Origin: Faecalibacterium sp.
GTDB lineage: Bacteria; Bacillota; Clostridia; Oscillospirales; Ruminococcaceae
Assembly (NCBI GenBank): GCA_029264955.1
Contig: JARHYC010000007.1
Span: 11,668-75,667, forward strand
DNA: 64,000 nt
Direction: 5' to 3'
The stretch's first letter is position 1. The number at the start of each line of letters is the position of its first letter. Both the position numbers and the translations under genes were made by a program. A model generated the notes under the pieces. It had not been told where the DNA came from. It did not search any database and worked only from the letters and a program-made list of their open reading frames with translations. This document shows, one piece after another, positions 58,861 through 64,000 of this stretch.

Positions 58861-59589
58861 CTACCTTTCTTTTTTTGTTAAAATGCTGGAAAAGCGGATT
58901 TTGTCCGCACGAATCACCTGCTTGAACAGCTCAATTGCTTGTCCGTTGGAATCATAAGAAATGCCGGACAAGAAAAAAAGCGGGGTGTCGGGTGCTATAT
59001 TTAAGATTTCGGATTCTTCTTCCGTGGCACGGGTGATATTCAAACTTTCGTGCCCATGATCGATAAAAACACCGCAGCGCGCTAACACGCTGTAAAGAGA
59101 TTCGTTGGAAAAATCAAAGGATTCGATATCGGGACACAGCCGTTTGTCAAGATAGGTGATTTCAATGCTGACGGGCTCGCCATTGATTTTCCGCAGCCGA
59201 CGCAGATAAAAGACCTCGTTGCCGGGTTCGATTCCCAATTTGGCAGCGACAGAAGGACTACAGGTCACGATTCCCATATCTAGCGGAATGGTTTGGGGGC
59301 GGCACGCACTATTGAGGATGAGTTCCGTAAAGCTTTTGGTATCCTGCAGGGTCCGTTCCAATTTGGGTGGGGCAATAAAAGTACCGGAGCCTTTGTGATT
59401 GTACAGCTTGCCCTCCACAATCAAGCGGCGAATCGCAGTACGGAGCGTTGTCCGGTTCATATCCCACATTTCACACAGGGTGCGTTCCCCGGGTAGTTTG
59501 GCATGAGGTGCCAGATGATGCTGCAAAATGTAGCATTCAATACGTTCCGTTGCCTCGTCCCGTGGACGGGTATAATGTTGCTGCAGCAT
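58861..59589 (-). CDS. GntR/HutC-family regulator with UTRA domain
   Basis: LPGERTL, NRTTLR, GSGTFI, SLYSVL and RADK. Confidence 0.9.
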   Translation of the reverse strand: MLQQHYTRPRDEATERIECYILQHHLAPHAKLPGERTLCEMWDMNRTTLRTAIRRLIVEGKLYNHKGSGTFIAPPKLERTLQDTKSFTELILNSACRPQTIPLDMGIVTCSPSVAAKLGIEPGNEVFYLRRLRKINGEPVSIEITYLDKRLCPDIESFDFSNESLYSVLARCGVFIDHGHESLNITRATEEESEILNIAPDTPLFFLSGISYDSNGQAIELFKQVIRADKIRFSSILTKKER

Positions 59590-59612
59590 AATGGTCCTTT
59601 CCGTCTAAAATA

Positions 59613-59646
59613 AGCGCCCGCGTTTTGGATCAGGGACGCGGGCGCT
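59613..59646. terminator. GC-rich hairpin between frlA and the downstream GntR gene (attenuator or stability element)
   Basis: AGCGCCCGCGT / ACGCGGGCGCT. Confidence 0.6.
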
Positions 59647-59697
59647 CGTATTGTTCCGTGTCTGATATCACTGAAAGTAAAATAAAATTCAGTTCAA

Positions 59698-61047
59698 TCA
59701 AGCAGACTTCTTATTCTGGCGCTCCATCAAGTAGTATGCCGGCAGACCGGTACCAACTGCAACAACGGCGGCGATGATGCTGGGCAGAGCAGACCAGATG
59801 AAAGTGGAGTAAATCAGGGTGGCCGTCATGGCCATAGCAATGATCGGCATGATTACGCCGCCAGGCATTTTGTAAACAGGCTTGTAGGTGGGTTTGCGGC
59901 GCAGAACAAAGATGGTGCCGAAAGTCAGGAAATTTTTCAGCAGAGCGATAACAGTGAAGTACCCCAAAAGCTCGGACAGGCTGGTAGCAAAAATCAGAAC
60001 GATGGCAACCAGACACTGAACAACGATAGAAAATGCAGGGGTCTGATACTTGGGATGTACGGTGCCAAACTGCTTAAAGAACAGACCGTCTTGGGCCATT
60101 GCGTACTCAATACGAGGCTGGAACATAATGCAACTGGATAGCGAACCAATCACAACGATGATGGCCATGATAGCAACAACAACGCCGGCGCCATTGCCGA
60201 TTACAGGGATCTTGGAGGCCAGCAGAGCGATGGGCGCATCCGAGGCAGCTAGTTCATCGATAGACAGCAGCCCGGAAGCAACGAAAGTCAGGCCAACATA
60301 CAGCCCAAGAACGATCAGCGCAGTCAGAATCAGGCCGCGGGGCATATTCTTTTCAGGGTCCTTGATTTCACCAGACATATAGCAGGCGGCGCCCATGCCA
60401 TCGAAAGACCAGGTTGTAGCAGAAATGCCAGCCAGCAGGGCAGTGATTCCGGTAGCGGTAGTGGATGCCAGATGCGTGGAGCTCAGCAGAGTGGAATTAT
60501 TCATGAAGAAAAGACCAACGCCGATGATCAGGATGAAAGGAAGGATCTTGAGAGCAGTAATGAAAGTCTGGAATTTACCGCCGCCTTCAACACTGCGTAG
60601 GTGAACAAACATGAAAATCAGAACAAATGTGGTTGCGATGAGCTTAAGGGCTAAGCCATGAACAGGGATAAAGTAAGCCAGATAGTTTACGATTGCCAGA
60701 GCCATAATAGAAATGGAAGGGGGATCAGTTGCCCAGAAACTAATCCAACCGCACAGGAAAGCCAAGGGGCGAGAGCCTGCTTCACGGAAGTAAACATATT
60801 GGCCGCCATCCTCAGGATAGGCGCTGGCCAGTTCTGCATAACAGAAGTTGGCAGGAATCTGGAGCAGGCCACCAATTAGGAAGGCCAGAACCAGGAATAA
60901 ACTGCTGCCAGCAGCATTTGCAACCTCAGATAGCGATGAGAAGATGCCGGAGCCAACGGTAGTGCCGACACCCAGAGCAATCACTGCGCTTAGACCTAGC
61001 TTACGACCGAGTTGATTTGAGCCTATGCTGTTTTCAGGTTTTGACAT
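59698..61047 (-). CDS. frlA: Fructoselysine/psicoselysine APC transporter
   Basis: GTTVGSGIF, ELASAYPEDGGQYVY, WATDPPS and TWSFDGM; start at 61047. Confidence 0.85.
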   Translation of the reverse strand: MSKPENSIGSNQLGRKLGLSAVIALGVGTTVGSGIFSSLSEVANAAGSSLFLVLAFLIGGLLQIPANFCYAELASAYPEDGGQYVYFREAGSRPLAFLCGWISFWATDPPSISIMALAIVNYLAYFIPVHGLALKLIATTFVLIFMFVHLRSVEGGGKFQTFITALKILPFILIIGVGLFFMNNSTLLSSTHLASTTATGITALLAGISATTWSFDGMGAACYMSGEIKDPEKNMPRGLILTALIVLGLYVGLTFVASGLLSIDELAASDAPIALLASKIPVIGNGAGVVVAIMAIIVVIGSLSSCIMFQPRIEYAMAQDGLFFKQFGTVHPKYQTPAFSIVVQCLVAIVLIFATSLSELLGYFTVIALLKNFLTFGTIFVLRRKPTYKPVYKMPGGVIMPIIAMAMTATLIYSTFIWSALPSIIAAVVAVGTGLPAYYLMERQNKKSA

Positions 61048-61646
61048 GATTGACACTCCTTTCAAAATGTATCAGGCGGAACAATGATGCCACCTGAATA
61101 TTAACCGAATCTAATGACACAGAGATCCGGAAATGAACATTCTTAAATACACCATTTGGGAATTGCTTCGCTTGTTTTCTGTTACTATACTATCATAATA
61201 TACAAAAAATAACAATAATGTTGACGATTTAGTGTGCTGTATTGTCAAAATTTGGCATTGTGTTACAAAGAGCATTTGACCATTTGGTGAGACGATAAAA
61301 AAAGGATAGGAAATAGAACATTGCAAAAAATCAAGTTAAACCACTTTTACAGCAATAAAGAAAGCAGGCCCCTCTTCCGCACCATGGCAACTGGAAAAAA
61401 GTGAGAAAGCGTACAAAAATACCTTCATCACAACGGCGAAGCAAGAAAAGATTCTTGAAAAAAGAAGCATTTTTTTCATAAACGAGCCTATAGGCAGCAG
61501 GAACAGATACCGTACGTGTGCTTTTGTATGGGATTAGGATTCTTGACTTTATTCCGCTTGCCGCCGTATCATTAAATGAAAATACAGAATCTTGGGTTCG
61601 ATATTGCCGTGCAATAGCTATGCATGGACGGAAGGAGAAAATCAAC

Positions 61647-62384
61647 TTGAAACAGGAATCTACGAAGCGGGTTAGTTGGACTATTCTTGCAGAGCAGCTG
61701 GAGTACGCAATCAGCAGTGGACATTTCCCAGTTGGGAGCCAACTGCCCAGTGAATATCAACTTAGTCAAGAGTGGAATTGCAACCGTGCTACGCTCCGCT
61801 GTGCCACTCGATTTCTGGTATCAACAGGACGTCTGCATCGAAAACAGAGTGGCGCACTGATCGTAGCAAAACCGGTTTTTCGACGGAATCTGACCAACTT
61901 TGAACCGCTTTGGTATTTCGCACAGCAAAAGCATCGAACATTTACTTCGCGTGTGCTTTCCTTGACAATCCAACAGGCACCGGAGCCTGTAGCTAGAATT
62001 TTGCAGCTGGATGAAGAGGGAAATGCCTATGAGCTTCGTCGTGTGCGCTATCTGGATGGTATCCCGGCTATTTGCGAAACAACATGGCTTTCGGCGACTA
62101 GGATTCGAGGACTGGAGCGGTTCGATTTTTCTAACGAAAGTCTGTTTGAGATCCTGGCTGCCGAATATAATATTTGCACTTACTCAGGAAAGCAAAGACT
62201 GGATATTGTATATGCCAATGAAAACGAAAGTCGGTTGTTGCAGGTGCCAGTGCTGGCTCCGCTGTTCTCGCTGGATGGCGTTACGAATGATGATTATGAC
62301 AGACCGGTTGAGGTGTTTCGTGCCAGTATCCGCAGCGATCAAATTGGATTTGCTTGCGAGATAGACCGAACCTCGGAACTGTAA
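61647..62384 (+). CDS. GntR/HutC-family regulator with UTRA domain
   Basis: LPSEYQL, NRATLR, SLFEIL and RSDQIGF; probable TTG start at 61647 after AAGGAG. Confidence 0.88.
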   Translation: MKQESTKRVSWTILAEQLEYAISSGHFPVGSQLPSEYQLSQEWNCNRATLRCATRFLVSTGRLHRKQSGALIVAKPVFRRNLTNFEPLWYFAQQKHRTFTSRVLSLTIQQAPEPVARILQLDEEGNAYELRRVRYLDGIPAICETTWLSATRIRGLERFDFSNESLFEILAAEYNICTYSGKQRLDIVYANENESRLLQVPVLAPLFSLDGVTNDDYDRPVEVFRASIRSDQIGFACEIDRTSEL

Positions 62385-62549
62385 AATGGTGTAATTTATG
62401 AATTCAGTGTTGTACCACTTTCTTTCTTTTTCACAAAAGAACGCGGCTTTTTTCAGTGAGGCTTGCGGTTGACCGCGATTACACCGCAAAGATATACTAA
62501 ATACAGAGATTGAGAAAAAATTGTGTCATTCCTTGACTGATAGGTCGAG

Positions 62550-62969
62550 GATTATCCTGCAGCGATTGGTGCCAACTGGATTGACGATGCAGACCAGTTG
62601 AAACAGCCTTGGTAGAAATTGCACTCTCTTGTGTGGATATTGGGGTCTAACCTGCCACAAGAGTTGGAGCTTTCTAGAGAGATATTTCTGAAAGATAGGG
62701 TGGAACATGGTATCGAGTTTGCCATCGCAATGTTTGGCGAGCCAGACCGCTTTACCTATGACGGAAAAGACTGTATGCAATGTGGGATTTTTTCAGCGAA
62801 AAATGGTAAATACGGTTGGCACAGGCGACAGTGCTGGCAGGCTCTTTGTATGGCTATTTTGATCAGCTGCCGATACAGAATAGCAAAGGGCACTGCGGTG
62901 GCAAGTGATGTAGTACGGGGGGTGAACCGTGTGAAAAAGCTCCCTGACGGAAAAATGGTATCGTAAAAT
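62550..62969 (+). pseudogene. Internally deleted frlD-like PfkB kinase remnant
   Basis: AAIGANWIDD (cf. ATIGSNCIDF), GIEFAIAMFGE..FTYDGK and VNTVGTGDS, across stops and frameshifts. Confidence 0.7.
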
Positions 62970-62990
62970 TTATTTCAGGAGGTTTTGGTC

Positions 62991-63821
62991 ATGAAGCTGG
63001 GTATGTTTACTTCTGGTTATCAGCGCAATCCTTTGGAAGATGTTTTTGCAGATGCAAAAGAATTTGGGTACGATTACATTGAATTGTGGGGAGGCAGACC
63101 CCACGCCTATGCGCCGGATCTGAAAAGTGGCGATATCAATGAGGTGCTTCGCCTGATTGATAAATATGAAATGCCGGTTCTAGGCTATACGCCTGAGCAT
63201 AATGGATATCCATTCAATTACATGATTGGCAGCGAAGCACAGCGGCAGGATGCAATAGAATATTTGAAGACAGGTTTGGATATGGCCAAAGCAATGGGCG
63301 CAGAGTATATGCTGACCAGCCCGGCGAATGGTGGGTATCTGTCCACATATGAGGAACTGTGGACCCGATTGGAAAAGAACATTCGGGAACTGGGGGATTA
63401 TGCCGCAAAAGTTGGTGTTAAGCTGACAGTTGAACCGCTGACACCCTATGAGTCAAATTTCTTTACACGCGCTAACGACTTAGTGGAATTGTTCCGCCGA
63501 ATTGATAACCCTTATGTGGTGGGAATGTGCGATGTAGTGCCACCTTTTGTACAGCATGAAAGCATTATGGCGTACTTTGATAAGTTGGGCAGCAAGATGG
63601 ATCACATGCACATTATTGATGGACAACAAGGAACAGACAGTCATATTATGCCCGGTGAGGGAGCTATACCATTGCAGGAGATGTTTTATGAGCTGAAGCG
63701 AATCCGCTACGACCGCACAGCAACGCTGGAGCTGGTTACCGGATATATCAATGAACCACGGATGTATGCGCGCCGTGCAATCAATAACGTACATGAGATG
63801 ATGAGGATTGCCGGGTTTTAA
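62991..63821 (+). CDS. frlC: Fructoselysine 3-epimerase
   Basis: GMFTSG..R.P, IELWGGRPHAY, EPLTPYESN, CDVVPP, HMHIIDG and ELVT.YINEP. Confidence 0.9.
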   Translation: MKLGMFTSGYQRNPLEDVFADAKEFGYDYIELWGGRPHAYAPDLKSGDINEVLRLIDKYEMPVLGYTPEHNGYPFNYMIGSEAQRQDAIEYLKTGLDMAKAMGAEYMLTSPANGGYLSTYEELWTRLEKNIRELGDYAAKVGVKLTVEPLTPYESNFFTRANDLVELFRRIDNPYVVGMCDVVPPFVQHESIMAYFDKLGSKMDHMHIIDGQQGTDSHIMPGEGAIPLQEMFYELKRIRYDRTATLELVTGYINEPRMYARRAINNVHEMMRIAGF

Positions 63822-64000
63822 CCAAAGAAAAGCACAGAACTGGAATGCTTGAAAAGAAATATAGAAGAGCTTTTGAATCGTTGGATTTGAGAACGGTTTC
63901 CCTATAGCCCTGCTCGCATACTGCAGGGTTATAGCACTACATCCGGCAATTAAAGAGGGCAATTAAAAGCGGATTTGACTGGGAATCTTTGCTGCTTTCC

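Noticed and set aside
61330-61645. ORF 61331-61645 and the 5' extension of the third GntR; possible fourth UTRA relic
   Set aside because: No convincing motifs; the RBS supports a start at 61647; similarity to UTRA is too faint to call

Overview
A 64-kb window of a moderately GC-rich Firmicute, most likely a gut clostridial (Oscillospiraceae-like) genome. That placement is inferred from the SCIFF system, the spoVD-like PBP, sortase-anchored glycosidases and the bile-acid dehydrogenase. 1-27 kb is mostly core: a PAP2/GT28/CrtO-like/DegV lipid cluster, a two-component system, MATE, a PLP decarboxylase, SCIFF scfAB, an Fe-ADH, tRNA-Asn, ktrBA, a PBP, rluA, radC, pncB and uvrBA. 27-64 kb is host-adaptation cargo: a lipoprotein flavin reductase, a 7-alpha-HSDH, a polar amino-acid ABC transporter, an Ntn hydrolase, giant mucin-type GH101 and GH29 enzymes, and an extended fructoselysine (frl) locus with three GntR/UTRA regulators. 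Collapsed pseudogenes include two IS3/IS150-type 3' ends, an oleate hydratase and a second frlD. Most interesting: (1) an AT-rich three-gene ExbB/TolQ + two ExbD/TolR-like motor operon with no TonB or receptor, in an apparently monoderm host; (2) the GH29 gene bracketed by a 232-bp direct repeat containing a complete tRNA-Pro(GGG), each copy with its own consensus promoter, and a homology breakpoint inside a recombinase-like palindrome; (3) a candidate compact NAD+-II-type riboswitch before pncB; (4) a CrtO-like acyltransferase coupled to an MGDG-type glycosyltransferase without carotenoid genes. All family calls are by motif recognition only; no searches were run.
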